From positions 1 to 64,000 of the forward strand of contig PNXV01004830.1 in the NCBI GenBank assembly GCA_013239625.1: a stretch of DNA of 64,000 bases, given 5' to 3'. This DNA is from Lama guanicoe. Its lineage: Eukaryota. Shown here in pieces: positions 26,601-41,600 of this stretch (the first letter of the stretch is position 1; every line of letters begins with the position of its first letter). The notes beneath the pieces were generated by a model, which was given only the letters and a program-made list of their open reading frames with translations, was not told where the DNA came from and ran no database searches. A program made the position numbers and the translations under genes.

Positions 26601-29600
26601 TGACACCTTCCCAGATGTACCTTCATAACTTGCAGGGAACCTCAGGCCAAACATGTTGAACCCTGCTTTAACCATCAAATCAGAAGAAGGGAATATGTAA
26701 AGTCCATTCTTTTCTGCAAAAGAACATACATGAAATATAAGTGTGAAGCTGATTTGAATTGAGGATGATTTACAAAAGTGAATTCTTTGCACCTTACTTT
26801 GGATTCTCACTATGGACATTAAAGTAAAAGGGGAAGCTGACGTACTTAGGAGGAACTTGAGCATAAGCTTCTCAGGATAAGGATGGATCATTCTTCCCAT
26901 TAGGCATAATTCTGCATTTATAAATTCTGGGATAAAGTCAGCTTAATCTCTCCCCAAGTGTATCCCATGTTTGCAAGACATTAAAATATAAGTCTCACAG
27001 TGTCCCATCTAGGAGAACTTTTCACACATTTCTTGATCTCGTCATCAAATGATGCTAACGAATATGAATTTAAAGGTGGCCAAAGTTGAGGAAGAAAAGG
27101 CAGGTTGCAGTGTAGTCTTACAGAAAAAGGTGATAGGACCCTGTGCCAAAGAGAGTAGCTGCATGTTCGAAATTTGGCAGAAGAGTGAAAACTTCCTCAT
27201 CATTTTCAGCCTGAATTGGGAAAAGGATGGGTGTAGGAGGGTCACTTCTTGTGAATAAGTGGCAAAAGTAAACTGGGTTCATGTAACACGTAGTGTTTTC
27301 TCCTGTCCAAGTAGTTCTTTCAGCATGTGGAAATTTGCTCGATTGACACGTTCAGTGCAGTGAATGTAGAGATTACAATGGGAGATTGAATATATGGCCT
27401 CAATCACAAGAAAGACAGGAGTTATTCTCAATCCCTGAATTTTGGAAATCCCAAAAATGAAGGAGGAAGTTTCCCTCACACAATCTTTCCACTAGTGACT
27501 AAAACCAAAAAGTGCATTGCACAGCTCCTCTTCATCAAGAGACACTGTGTCAGCAATGTTTCCACCTTCATGGCCAATTGCCTAAAGACAATCGAGGCAC
27601 AAATGTTGTGATCTACTTCACCGTGAGAGTGTGAGAAAGCTTATCAGATCTTGCAGTTATGCTTGCTTCCCAAAAACACAAACAATGCATTAGCATGAAG
27701 GTGCAGATGAGGGACAATATCCACAATCATTGTATACCCAGTATGATTCAGGTGACAACATTTGGGTTGATGTGAGTGAAATTATTAGATCCATTAAAAC
27801 AATCTATTTGCACCTTCATTTAGATGCATCCAGTAAGCAGTGGCAAGTGAAGGGCTGTGGGTGTTCCAAAGAGGAGCTGTTGCCCAGGTCGTTCAGGGCA
27901 CGAACATAGAATAATTTGGAAAAATGTGGAACACAGTGCTCATGACGAGGCCCGTGAGGTTCTTGCATATATTCCACTTGATTCAAAGAGGGGCATGATC
28001 GAGTTTCAGAACAATAAGAAGGGTAGGAATAGATATTTTCCAACTTCTGCCACCATTGTTGGCATGTTCTCCAGAAAGTTTCAAGCTGGGTTCCATCTGA
28101 AAACTCTAGATTTATGTTTAGACAAAGTGCTTCAGAACCAAGACATAGGCTTCTTTTCCATTCACAGAAACCCATTTCTCCCAAAAAGACACAAGACAAA
28201 AATCATCCTTACCTGTTCCATTTTGAGGAGTGAACATATAGGAAGGACCCATGCATGTATCAAAAGGACATAAAGACTCTCCAACAAATGCCTTTGTGCA
28301 TTACCACTCTCTTCCATAATGTTAGTTCTTCATAAGAGAAAAACTGTGATTTTGGGGGAATAGCAGACAAGACTATGGAACACTGAAACACAGACTCTTC
28401 CCAACTCCCAGTGTAATCGGACTTGCAAGTGTGATGAAGTTCTTCACATATGCCTTACCAAAATTGAGAATTCTTATGGGTTATATTGAATCCAAGCATG
28501 CATTTAGGAGTGGTTACCCTTCTAGCTGACATCTTTCTTGGTATTCTTCCTACAGAAATCTTCATAAAGTCTGAAGTATTATATATATTTTGGATGATGA
28601 ACAGAGGCCTAACTGAATGTGCAAATGGGCAAACTTAAATTGTTGAAGATCAATCTGCCCCCCAAAATTCAGAACAATGAAAACTGTCTGACTTAGTATT
28701 CCTCAATACAGGGAAGTTTCAGGATAAGAATTTCACCTGAAATAATGCTGAAAATGGGTTCTCTGCATCAAACATTCAGCATTCCTCATAGATTTCAAAA
28801 GAGCTGCTTTTGACTCAGGTTACATGTGGGGTCTTAATGTCACTTTGACAGATGTACCTTCAACACATGGAGGGATAGCTCAGGCCAAACATGAAAATCC
28901 TTGTTTTACCATCAATTCCAAAAAAGGAGGTATCCCACGGCCCTTCTGTTCTCAAAATAAATGTAGGGTAAACATTCACTTGAAGAACCACTTGCAAGAT
29001 GATTCCTAGCAGCATTCTTTGCTTCTTCCCTCGGATGCATTCTGTGGACATGCAAAATCTGTAGAAGCAGGGGTTCTGAGGGGAACTTCTGCAAAGGCCT
29101 TTTCATATACGCAAGGAAAGTTATTGTCAGCGTGCTGTGCTCTACCAAAATCTTGCATTACATCAACTCCCCCAACCCCAAACTGTATCCCAAGAATGAA
29201 AGATTCTAAAACCTGTGGAACACAGGGCATCCTTAGTAACATACACTCTCACAAGGCTCTTTGTCTCGCCATATGTACATGCCAGCTAAAATGAATTTCA
29301 AGATGGCTGAAATTAAGGAAGGACATTCATGTTGCAGCAAAATCTTATGCCATATGAATAGAGGCTCATAAGTCAAAGACAAAATCCTCACGTTTGAAAA
29401 CTGCCAGAAGACCAAAGCTTCCACATGTGCTCAATTCCAAGATAGGAACAGGTGTTCAAGGCTGGGTGCAGCTAACACAAAGTGCTTCATTCTGTCCGAA
29501 AGTCCTTTCAGCATATGGAAATTTCATTGATCAAGACTTTCATTGTGGGGAAGTTCAAGAATTCGCGGGGGGATTTAATGCATGGCTTCACTCACAAGTA

Positions 29601-32600
29601 AGCCATAGGTTGGTCCCCGTTCTAACCACTAATGTGATTCCATTAAGGCTGAAGGAGTTTTCCCTCACTCACTCTTTCATAGAGTGGCAAAAACCTAAAA
29701 GATTCATTGCCCAGCTCCTCATTTTCACAGACATTCTGTCAACAAAGTTTCCAACTTCACAGGTGACTTTCCTAAAGACACTACAAGAGCAGATGAAGGG
29801 GGCAAACTCAATGCGAGTGTGTCAGAAGGCCTATCAGAAGATAGATTTTGGCTTGCTACCCCAACACACAAATTCTCCTATCCCGACAATGCAGGTGAAG
29901 GAAATTATTTTGCAGTATTTGCATTCCAAATATGTGTCATCTTTGAACATTAGGGTTAATGTGAAGGAAATTACAAGACCCATTCAAACAATCCACTTTC
30001 TGCCTTCATTAGAATGCTTTGGAACAGCTGGGTCTGTTGAGGGTTTTTTTGTGTTTTTTTTTCACGATGGAGCCAAGGAATTCAGGACAGGAACACAGGC
30101 TACTTATGGAAACTGTGGAAACTCAGGTAACCCTTGGACTGCAAATCTGCTCCAAATTTTCCATTTGATTCCTAGATTGCAATGATTGTCTAAGATTTGG
30201 CACAAGAAGATGAGTAGGGAGAGACCTTCTCCCACATGTAGCAAGTCTCTTTGAATGCTGCCTGGGAACATTTTCAAGCCTGGTTCAATCTGACATCTCG
30301 ATGCAAATTGGTGAGGAATTGTTTCAGAACCGGGATATAGGCTTCTTTGAAAGTCACAGAAAGTGTATTTCCCATGATGGAACAATGCAGGAATCATCCT
30401 TACCCGTTTCATTTCAAGAAGGGTCGATATTGGATAGTTTCATGCATGTAGCCCAAAAGTCACAGACACTTTCCTGCGAATGGCTTACCACAGACATTCT
30501 CACTTGTAATGAGTGTTCAACATCCGAGAAAACCGTGATTCCATGTGCCATGGAGAAACAGGTTTTGTGGACCATTGAAACAGACTATTTCCCTAATTTA
30601 GAAATACTCCAATTTGCAACCTAGGTGATGGGGTGAATTTACTTCAAACATGCCTTCTTGAAACGTGAGAAATCTTAGAGGATTTATTGGAAAGAAACAC
30701 CACTCACTGTCTCAGGACAGAGTACAATCAAAGTTGTATTCTTTAGTTTTATTCTTCCTACAGAAAAGTTCTTAAGAGCCGAAGTAAATTGTTCAAGTCC
30801 AGTGAAGAACAGAGGCGTATGAGAATGTGCAGATGGGCTCACTTCGGTACATGATAATCAATGTGCCTATGAAGAGACAGTGCATTCAAAATTGGCCCAC
30901 ATCATATTCCTGCATGTAGGGACGTTTCTGAAATGGAATTTCGCATAATGTAACATGGAAGAGGGATTGTTTGCACCAATAACTCAGCATTCCTAAGAGC
31001 ATTCCAAAGGGTTGCTGATGGCTGAGCTGAAATGCAGTACTTAATGACATCTTCCCAGATGTACCTTCATAACTTGCAGAGATCCTCAGGTCAAACTTGG
31101 AAATCCATGCTTTAACCATCAAATCACAAGAAGGGAATTTCCCAAGCCCCTTCTGTTCCCCTAAAGAACCATACGAGAAATATAAGTGTGCAGCTGATAT
31201 GAATTGAAGATGACTGACTAAAGAGAATTCTTTGCACCTTTACTTGGATTCTCACTACGGACAGTGAACAACAATGGGAAGCTGATGTACTGAGGATGAA
31301 CTTGAGCAGAAGCCTCACAGAGCACAGAAAGTCCATTCTTCCTCTTAGGCAAACACTGAACTTCTAACATGGGATAAGCTCAGCTAAACCTCTTCCTAGT
31401 GTATCCCAAGTTTGCAAGACTTTAAAATTTGAGGCACGCATCACATCCTTTCTAGGAGAAGTTTTCATACCACTTTTGATCTTGCTGTCAACTGATGTTA
31501 AAGTTTACACATTAGAAGTTGGCTGAAGCAGAGAATCGAAAGGTAGCATGCAGTGTAGTCTTGCAGAACATGGTGATATAATCCTCTGCCAAAGAGAGAA
31601 GCTGAATATTCAACATTTGGCAGGAGAGTGAAAGTTCCTCTTGTGTTTCAGCCTGAATTTCTAAAAGAAGGGCTGTAGGAGGGTCTCTTCCTGTGAATAA
31701 TGCCAAAAGTAAATTGGGTTCATGTAACACAAAGTGCTTTCTCCTGTACTAATAGTCCTTTCGGCAAGTGGAAGTTTGCTCTATTTACACGTTCAGTGAG
31801 GTGAACATGAAGATTACAATGGGGGATTGAAGATACAGCCTCAATCATAAGTAACAGATAGGATTGTTTCCCAATCACTAAGATTTGGAGATCCCATCAA
31901 GGCAGAAGGAATTTCCCTCCCTCCCATATTTCCTCTTGTGATGAAAACCAAGAAGATTCATTGCATGGCACCTATTCATCATGAGACACTTTGTTGCCAA
32001 TCTTTCCAACTTCACAGCCAATTGCCTAAAGGCAACCAAGGCAGAGATGATGTGACCTAACTTAGTGCAAGAGTGTGAGAAATCTTATCAGAGTTCACAG
32101 TTACGCTTGCTTCCCCAAAACACAAACACTCAATTAGCACAACAGCGCAGAAGAGGGACATTGTCCACACTCACTGTATTCCCAGCACGAGTCAGGTGAC
32201 TAAGTTTGGATTGAAGTGAGTGAAATTACAAGACCCATTCAGACAATCTTCTTTGCACCTCCAATAGGCTGCATCTAGTAAGCAGTGTCAAGTGAGGGGC
32301 TGTGGGTACCCAAAGAGGAGCTGGCGCCCAGGACAGGAACATTCAGGACAGGAACATAGAATAATTTGGGAACCTTGGAACTCAGTGCTCACGTCGAGGC
32401 CCCTGAGATTCTTGCAAATATTCCAGTTGATTCCCAGGGTGGGACGATTGAGTTTTGGAACAATAAGATGGGTAGGAAGAGTTCTTCTCCAACTTCTGCC
32501 ACTGTTGTTGGCATGTTCTCAAGAAACGGTTTCAAGCTGGGTTCAATTGTCTAATCTCAAGGTCATGTTTAGAGAAACTGCTTCAGAAACGAGACATAGG

Positions 32601-35600
32601 TTTATTTCCCATTCACAGAAACCCATTTTTCTCAAAAAGGCAGAAGACACAAATCAGCTTTACCTGTTCCATTTCGAACAGTGAACATGCATGAATGACT
32701 CGTGCATGTATCACAAAGTTGTAGAAACTTTTCAACGGATGGCTTTTTGCATTCCCTCTCTCTTCCATAATCTTAGTTCTTTAAAAAAGATAAACTGTGA
32801 TTCCATGTGGAATAGCAGCCAAGATTGTGGGACACTGACACACAGATATTTTCCAAATTCCAGGATAATCTGACTTGCATGCTCGATGATAGAGTGAATT
32901 TCCTTCACACATACTGTATTAGAATTTGAGAATTCTAATAGTATATATTGAACCCAAGCACACACTTAGGAGAGGTTACCATTCTAGTTGTATTTTTTCT
33001 TCCTATTCTTCCTACAGTAATCTTCATAAAGTCTGAAGAAATATATCTAAATTGGGCATTGGTTTTTGAATTTGAGCAAATGGGCTCACTTCCGTCATTG
33101 AATATCAATGTGTCCCCGCCAAGGCAGTGCAAAGAAATCTGGCCGATGTTCTATTCCTCTGAATAGGGAAGTTACTGGAGGGGAATTTCACCGGAAATAA
33201 TGCTGAAGAAGGGTACTCAGCACCAAACATTCAGCATTCCTGATAGATTTCAAAAGAGCTGCTATTGACTCAGCTGAGATGAGGTGTCTTAATGTCACTT
33301 TGCCAGATGTACCTTCAACACATGGTGGAAAAGCTCAGTCCAAACATTAAAATCTCTGCATTTGCCATCAATTCCCAAAAAGAGGGTATCCCAAGGCCCT
33401 TCATTTCACAAAATAAATGCAGGGCAAGCATCCATTTGAAGCAGTCCGTATGGCAAGATGTTTGCTAGCAGCATTCTTTGCTTCTTCCCTCAGATGCCTT
33501 CTGTGGATACTGAAAAATCTGCTGAAGCAGGGGTACTGAGGCGAATTTCTGCAAAGGCCTTTTTAAGTATGCAAGGACAGTACTTGACAGCGTGCTGTGC
33601 TCTACCAAAATCTTGGATAATGTCAACATCCCCGTACCCAAATTTTTTCTCAAGAATGAAAGATTCTCAAGCCTGTGGAACACAAGGCGTCCTATCTAGG
33701 ATGTAGTCTCACATTGTCTCGCCATATGTTCATGCTAGGTAGGATGCATTTCCAGATGGCTGAATTTGAGGAAGGAAATTCAGGGTGCAATGAAATCTTA
33801 AGGAATATGAATAGAGGCTCACATGCCAAAGACAAAATCCTCATGTTTCAAAACTGGCAGAAGGCCAAAAACTTGCACATGAGCTCAATTCCAAGATGGA
33901 AAGAGGTTTTCAAGGCTGGGTGCAGCTAACAGAATGTGTTTCATTCTGTCCAAAAGTCCTTTCACCATGTGGAAATTTCATCAATCGAGACTTTTATTGG
34001 GGGAGGTTCTAGAATTCACTGGGGGTTTTAATGCATGGCCTCACTCAAAGTTAAACACAGGATGGGCCCTCATTCCAAACACTTATGTGACCCCATCAAT
34101 GCCGAAGGAAGTTTCACACACACACTCTTTCATAGAGTGGCAAATACTGAAAAGATTCATTGCACAGCTCATCAATTTCAATAGACATTCTGTGAACAGA
34201 ATTTCCAGCTTCGCAGTTGACATTCCTAAAGATACTACAGGAGCAGATGAAGGGAGCAGACTCAATGCAACTGTGTCAGAAGGCCTATTGGAAGATGTAT
34301 TTTGGCTTGCTTCTCCATCACACAAATTGTCTTATCCCAACAACGCAGGTGAAGGAAATTATTTCTCACTATTTTAATTCCAAAAATGTGTCATCATTGA
34401 ACTTTAGGTTTGATCTGATGGAAATTACATGACCCGTTCAAACAATCCACTTTCTGCCTGCATTAGAATGCTTTGGAACAGCTGGGTCTACTGAGGAGCT
34501 GTTTGTGTTTTTATGACTAGTTGGAGCTAAGGCCTTTAAAGACAGGAACACAGGGTACTTATGGAGAACAAGGAAACTCAGGTAACCCCTGAGGCATGAG
34601 AATTTGCTCCAAATTTTCTGTTTGGTTCCCAGATTGGAAGGATTGTCTATGATTCGGCACAAGAAGCTGAGTAGAGAATGATCTTCCCCCACTTACATGA
34701 AGTCTCTATTAATGCTGTCCAGGAACATTTTCAAGCCTGTTTCAATTTGACATCTTGATGCAAATTTGTGAGAAATTGTTTCAGACCTGGGATATAGGGT
34801 TCTTTGCAAGTCACACAAAGTGTATTTCCCTGACAGCACAATTCAGAAATCTTCCTTACCTGTTTCATTTCCAGAAGTGTAGATGTAAAGTTCCATCTAT
34901 GTAGCCCAAAATCACAGTTTCCTGCGAACAGCTTCCCACAGATATTCTTACTTTTGTAATTAGAGTTCAACATCTGAGAAAACCATGATTCCATGTGCAG
35001 TAGAGAACAAGGTTTTGTGGACCACTGAAATAGACCATTTCCCAAATTTCCAAATAGTCTGATTTGCAATGAAGACAAGTGGGTGAATTTACTTCAAATG
35101 TGCCTTCTTTAAACGTGAGAAATCTTAAAGGATATATTGTAAAGTAGCACCACTCTCTCAGGACAGAGTACACTCATAGTTGTCTTCTTTTGTGCTATTC
35201 TTTCTACAGAAAAGTTCTGGAGAGCTGAATTAAATTACCCGAGTTCAATGCAGAAGAGAGGCCTATGAGAATGTGCAGATGGTCTCACTTCAGTACCTGA
35301 TAATCAAAGTGCCAACGAAGAGGCAGTGCATTAAGAATAGGCCCACATTATATTCCTGCATGTAGGGAAGATTATGAAATTGAATTTCTCCTTATGTAAC
35401 ACTGAAGAGGTTTTGTTTGCCCCCATAAATCAGCATTCCTAAGAGCTTTCCAAAGAGCTGTTGTTGGCTGGGTTGAAATGCAGTCCTTCATGTCACCTTC
35501 CCAGATGTTACCTTCATAACTTACAGGGAACCTCATGCCAAACATGGAAATCCATGCTTTTTAATCATCAAATCACAAGAAGGGAATTTCCCAATTACTT

Positions 35601-38600
35601 TCTTTTCCTCAAAAGTCCCATATGTGAAATTTAATTGTGCAGATAATATGAATTGAAGAAGGCTTACTAAAGAGAATTCTTTGCACCTTTCCTTGGATTC
35701 TCACTATGGACATTGTACAACAAGGGGAAGTTGATGTACTGAAGATGAAGTTGAGCAGAAGCCTCTTAGAGTACAGACGGTCTGTGCTTCCCCTTAGGCA
35801 AAATTTTGCACTTCTAAAGCCGGGGATAAAGTCGGCTAAACCTCTCTCAATCTGTATCGCTTGTTTGCAAGACTTTAAACTTTGAGGCTCACAGAACATC
35901 CTATCTAGGAGATGTTTTCACACGATTCTAGTTCTCACTGTCAACTGATACTAACAAATATGCTTTATAAGGTGGCTGAAGTAGAGGAACGAAAGGCTGG
36001 TTGAAATGTAGTCTTCCAGAACATGGTGACAGGTTCCTATGCCAAAGAGAGAAGCAGTATATTCGAAAATTGGCAGAGGAGTGAGAAGTTACTCATGTGT
36101 TTCTGCCTGAAGTGGGAAAAGAAGGGCTGTAGGAGGATCTCTTCTTGTGGGTAAGTGGCAGAAATAAGCTGGGTTCATGTAAAATGAAGTGCTTTCTCCT
36201 ATCCAAGTAGTCCTTCCAGCAAGTGCATGTTTGCTCAATCAACACGTTCAGTGAGGTGAACATGGAGACTAAAATGGGGAATTTAATATACAGCCTCAAT
36301 CACAAGTAAGACATTGAAATGCTTCTCAATCCTGGAAAAAATGAGATCCCAACAAGATATAAGTATGTTTCCCTCACACAATATTTCCTCCAGTGATGAC
36401 AACCAACAAGATGCATTGCACAGCACCTCTTCCTTAAGAGACAATGTGTCGGCAGTGTTTCCAACTTCATGGCCAATTCCCTAAAGACAACAAGGGCAGA
36501 GATGAAGTGATCTACCTCATTGCGAGAGTGTGAGAATTCTTACCAGATTTCGCCATTACTCTTGCTTCCCATAAACACAGACACTCCATTAGCATGAAAG
36601 CACAGATGAGGGAGATTGTCCGTAATCATTCTATTCCCAATAACAGTCAGGTGACAACATTTGGGTTGATGTGAGAGAAGTTACAAGACCCATTCAAACA
36701 ATCTACTTTGCACCTTCATTTGGATGCTTCCAGTAAGCAGTGTCAACTGAGGGGCTATTGCTGTTCCAAGGAGGAGATGGCACCCAGGTCGTCCATGGAA
36801 GGAACTTTGAATAATTTGGGAAACTATGGAACTTAGTGATCACGATGAGGCCCGTGAGGTTCTTGCATATATTCCAATTGATTCCCAGGGTGGGACGATT
36901 GTTTGAGTTTTGGAACTATAAGATGGGTAGGAAGAGATCTTCTCCAACTTCTGCCACCATTGTTGGCATGTTCTCAAGAAATGGTTTCAAGCTGGGTTCA
37001 ATTCTCAAATCTCAAGATCATATTTTGAGAAACTGCTTCTGAAACAAGACAAAGGCTTATTTCCCATTCACAGAAACCCATTTTTCCCAAAAATACTCAA
37101 GGCACAAATCAGCCTTACCTGTTCCATTCAAACAGTGAACATGTTGGAATGACTCATGCATATATTGCAAAGTCGCAGAAACTCTTCAATAAGTGGCTTT
37201 CTGCATTCCCTCTTTCTTGCATAATAGTTGAACATAAGAGAAAAACTGTTTCCATGTGGAATAGCAGCCAAGATTGTGGAACACTGACACAGCTGCTTCT
37301 CAACTGCCGGGATAATCTGACTTGCAAGCATGATGATAGAGTGAATTTCCTGTACATATTCCTTATCCAAAATTGGGAAATTTTATAGGATATATTGAAC
37401 CCAAGCAGTAATTTAGGACAGTATATCCTCCTAGGTGTCTTCTTTCTTGCTATTCTTCCTACAGAAATCTTCATAAAGTCTGAAGAAATATTTCTATATT
37501 GCATGATGAACAGAGGCCTTTCTGAATGTGTAAATGTGCTAACTTCCTTTGCTGAAGATAAATTTTTCCCCAAGAATTCAGTGGACAGAAAACTTGCCTA
37601 CGTCATATTCCTCCAAATGGGGAAGTTACAAAAGGATAATTTCAACTGAACTAATGCAGAAGATGGGTACTCTGCAAAAAACTTTCTGTATTCCACATAA
37701 ATTTCAAAAGAGTTACTATAGATTGAACTAAGATGAGGTGTCTTAATGTCACTTTGCCATATGTACCTTCAAAACATGAAAGGATAGCTCAGGCTAAACA
37801 TGAAAATCCCTTTTTTTGCATTCATTTCCCAAGAAGGGAGTATCCCATGGCCTTTCTGTTCTCCAAATAAACGCAGGGCAAACATTCACTTGAGTGGGCT
37901 TGAGTTCCATGATGATTGCTAGCAGCATTCTTTGCTTCTTCCCTTAGATGCCTTCTGTTGACATTGCAAATTATGCAGAAGCAAGGGTACAGAGGCAAGC
38001 TTGTGTAAAGACCTTTCCATATATGCAAGGACAGTTCTTGCCGGCATACTCTTCTCTACCAAAATCTTGGATCATGTCAACTCCCCCTATCCCAAATTGT
38101 TTCCCATATATGAAAGATTTTAAAACCTGTGGAACACAGCACATCCTATCTTGGATGTAGTCTCACAAGTATTTTTGCCTCACCATAATTTGATGCAATC
38201 TAGAATGCATTTCAAGATGGCTGAAGTTGAGGAAGGAAAATCACGTTACAGTGAAAGCTTACAGAACATGAATAGAGGCTCGCACATCAATGACAAAATC
38301 CGTACGTTTCAAAACTGGCAGAAGGCCAAAAACTTCCTCATATGCTGAATTCCAAGATGGGAAAAGATTTTGAAGACTGGGTGCAGCTAACACAAGGTGC
38401 TTCATTCTGTCCAAATGTCCTTTCAACTAGTGGATATTTCATTGACCGAGACTTTCAATGGTGGAAGTTTTGAGAATTCACAGGGGCTTTTAATAGCCTC
38501 CCTTAAATGTTAGACATAGGATGGATCCTCATTCCCACCACTTACATTATCTCCCCAAGGCAGAAGTATGTTTCCCACACACTTTTTAATATAGGCAAAT

Positions 38601-41600
38601 ACTTAAAAGATTCACTGCACAGCCCCTCATTTTCAACAGACTGTCAGACATCAAAGTATCCAACTTTTCAGGTGACTGTCCTATAGACACTACAAGAGCA
38701 GATGAAGGGAGCAGACTCATGCGAGTGTGTCAGAAGGCCTACCGGAAGTTGTATTTTGGCTTGCTTCCCCAACAAAAAAAATTATCTTATCCCGACAATG
38801 CAGGTGAAGGAAATTATTTTGCACTTTTAGTATTATAAATATACATCACCCTTGAACATTAGGCTTGATCTGAGGGATATTATGAGACCTGTTCAAACAA
38901 TCAAGTATCCACCTTCATTAGAATGCTTTGGAACAGCTGGGTGTGCAGAGGGGGTGTTTGTGTTTGTATGATGAGTTGGAGACAAGGCCTTTCAGTATAG
39001 AAACACAGGATACTTAGGGAGAGCTTGGAAACTCAGGGATCCCCTGAGGCCTGTGAAATTACTCCAAATTTTCTCTTTGGTTCCCAGATTGGAATGATTG
39101 TCTAAGATTCAGCCCGAGAAGCTCAGTAGAGAGAGATCTGCCACTTATATCAAATCTCTTTGAATGCTGTCCAGGAACATTTCCAAGCCTGGTTCAATTT
39201 GACATCTCGATGCACAGTTGAGGGAAATTGTTTCAGAACCGGGATATAGACTTCTTTGTAATTCACAGAGAGTGTATTTCCCATGGTGGCACAATGCAGA
39301 AATCATCCTTACCCGTTTCATTTCCAGAAATGTTTATACTGGAAGATTCCGTGCATGTAGCCAAAAGTCACAGAGAACATCCTGCAAACGGCTTGCCACA
39401 GATATTCTCACTTCTGTAATGACAATTCAACACCTTAGAATACCGTGATTCCATGTACAGTAGAGACCAAGTTTTTGTGGACCACTGAAAAAGAGCATTT
39501 CCCAAATTTTAATTACTCTGATTTACAATGAAGGAGATGGGGTGAATTTACTTCAAACGCCTCCTCCAACCTTGAGAAATCTTACAGGTTATATAGTAAA
39601 GAAGCACCACTGATTCAGGACAGAGTACACTCAAAGTTGTCTTCTTTTGTGCTATTCTTCCAACAGAAAACTTCTTGAGAGCTGACGTAGATTTTCTGAA
39701 TTCAATGAAGAGCTGAGGCTTATGAGAATGTGCAGATGGTCTCACTTCGGTATCTGAAAATCAATGTGCCCCTGAAGAAGCAAAGCATTAAAAATTGGCC
39801 CACATCATATTCCTCCATGTAGGGACATTTCTGAAATTGAATTTCACTTCACTTAACACTGTAGAGGGTTTCTTTGCACTAATTATTCAGCATTCCTATG
39901 AGCTTTCAAAGAGCTGCTGTTGGCTGAGCTTAAATGCTGTCCTTAATGTCACCTTCCCAGATGTACCTTCATTACTTGCAGGGAACCTCAGGCCAAACAT
40001 GGACATACCTGCTCACGTCATTAAATCACAAGAAGAGAATTTCACAAGTTCCTGCTTGCCCCAAAAGAACCATTCATGAAATGTAATTGTACAGCTGATA
40101 TAAAGTGAATTTGACTTACTAAACACAATTCTTTGCACCTTTCCTTGGATTCTCACTAGTCATAATAGAGAAGAAGTGGAAGCTGATATACTGGGGACAA
40201 ACTTGAGCAGAAGCCTCTCAGAGTACAGATGGACCGTTCTTCCCATTAGGCAAAACTCTGCACTTCTAATGTCTGGTATAATGTCAGCTAAACCTCTTCC
40301 CAGGTGTATCCCAAGTTTGCAAGTTTTTAAAGTTTGAGGCTCACAAAGCATCCTAACTATGAGAAGTTTTCACACAATTCTTGATCTCGCCATCAACTGA
40401 TGCTAACCAATATGCATTTGAAGGTGGCTGAAGTAGAGGAACGAAAGGCAGGCTGCAGTGTACTGTTACAGAAAATGGTGATATGACCCTTTGGCAAATA
40501 CAGAAGCTGCATATTCGAAAATTGACAGCAGATTGAAAATTTCATCACGTGTTTCAACATGAAGTGTGAAAAGAATGGCTGTAGTATGGTCCCTTATTGT
40601 GAAAAATGGCAAAAGTAAACTGGGTTTATGTAACATGAAGTGCTTTCTACTGACCAAGAAGTCCTTTCAGCAAGTAGAAGTTTGCTCAATTGACACATAA
40701 AGTCAGGTGAACATGGAGATTACAGTGGGGGACTCAATCACAAATAATACATACAGTTGTTTCTCAATCCATGAAATTTGGAGATCTTAACAAGGTAGAA
40801 GGAAGTTTCCCACACCCAATCTTTCCTCTAGTGACCAAAACCAAAAAGATGCATTGCACAGCACCTCTTTCTCAAGAGACATCCTATTGGCAAATATTCC
40901 AACTTCACGGCCAATTGCCTAAAGACAACTGAGGCAGAGATGATGTGACCTACATCACTGTGAGAGAGTGAGAAAGCTTATCAGAGTTCTCAGTGTATGC
41001 TTGCTTCCCTAAAACACAAACACTCCATTAGCATGACAGCAAGATGAGGGACATTTTCCACACTCATTATATTCCCAGTATGAAGAAGGAGACATTTTGG
41101 TTGATGTGAGTGATGTTATAATACCCATTCAAAGAAACTTTTTTGTACCTTCATTCAGATGCTTCCAGTAAACAGTGTCAAATGAGGGGCTGTGGCTGTT
41201 CCAAAGAGGAGCTGGCCCCAGGTCGTTCATGGCATGAACATAGAATATTTCGGGAAACTGTGGATCTCAGTGCTCATGATGAGGCCTGCATGGTTTTTGC
41301 ATATATTCCACTTGATTCCCAGGTGGAACAATAAGACGCTTAGGAAGAGATCTACTCTATCTTCTGCCACCATTGTCGGCATGCTCTACAACTCAAACAG
41401 TTTCAAGCTGGGTTCAAATTAGCACCTCAAGGTCATGTTTACAGAAACTACTTCAGAACCAAGACCTGGGCTTCTTTCCCAATCACAGAAACCCATTTCT
41501 CCCAAAAAGGCACAAGACCGAAATCATCATTTCTTGTTCCATTTTGAGCAGTAAAAATGTAGGAAGGTCACATGCATGTATTCTTAGTTAGTAGAGAATC

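Noticed and set aside
29394-30185. Longest ORF (263 aa) as a real CDS
   Set aside because: It has a TTG start, stitches together frames that are broken in every other X copy, and reads through only because a local T-run change at ~30044-30066 removes the consensus TGATGA stops. No recognisable domain.
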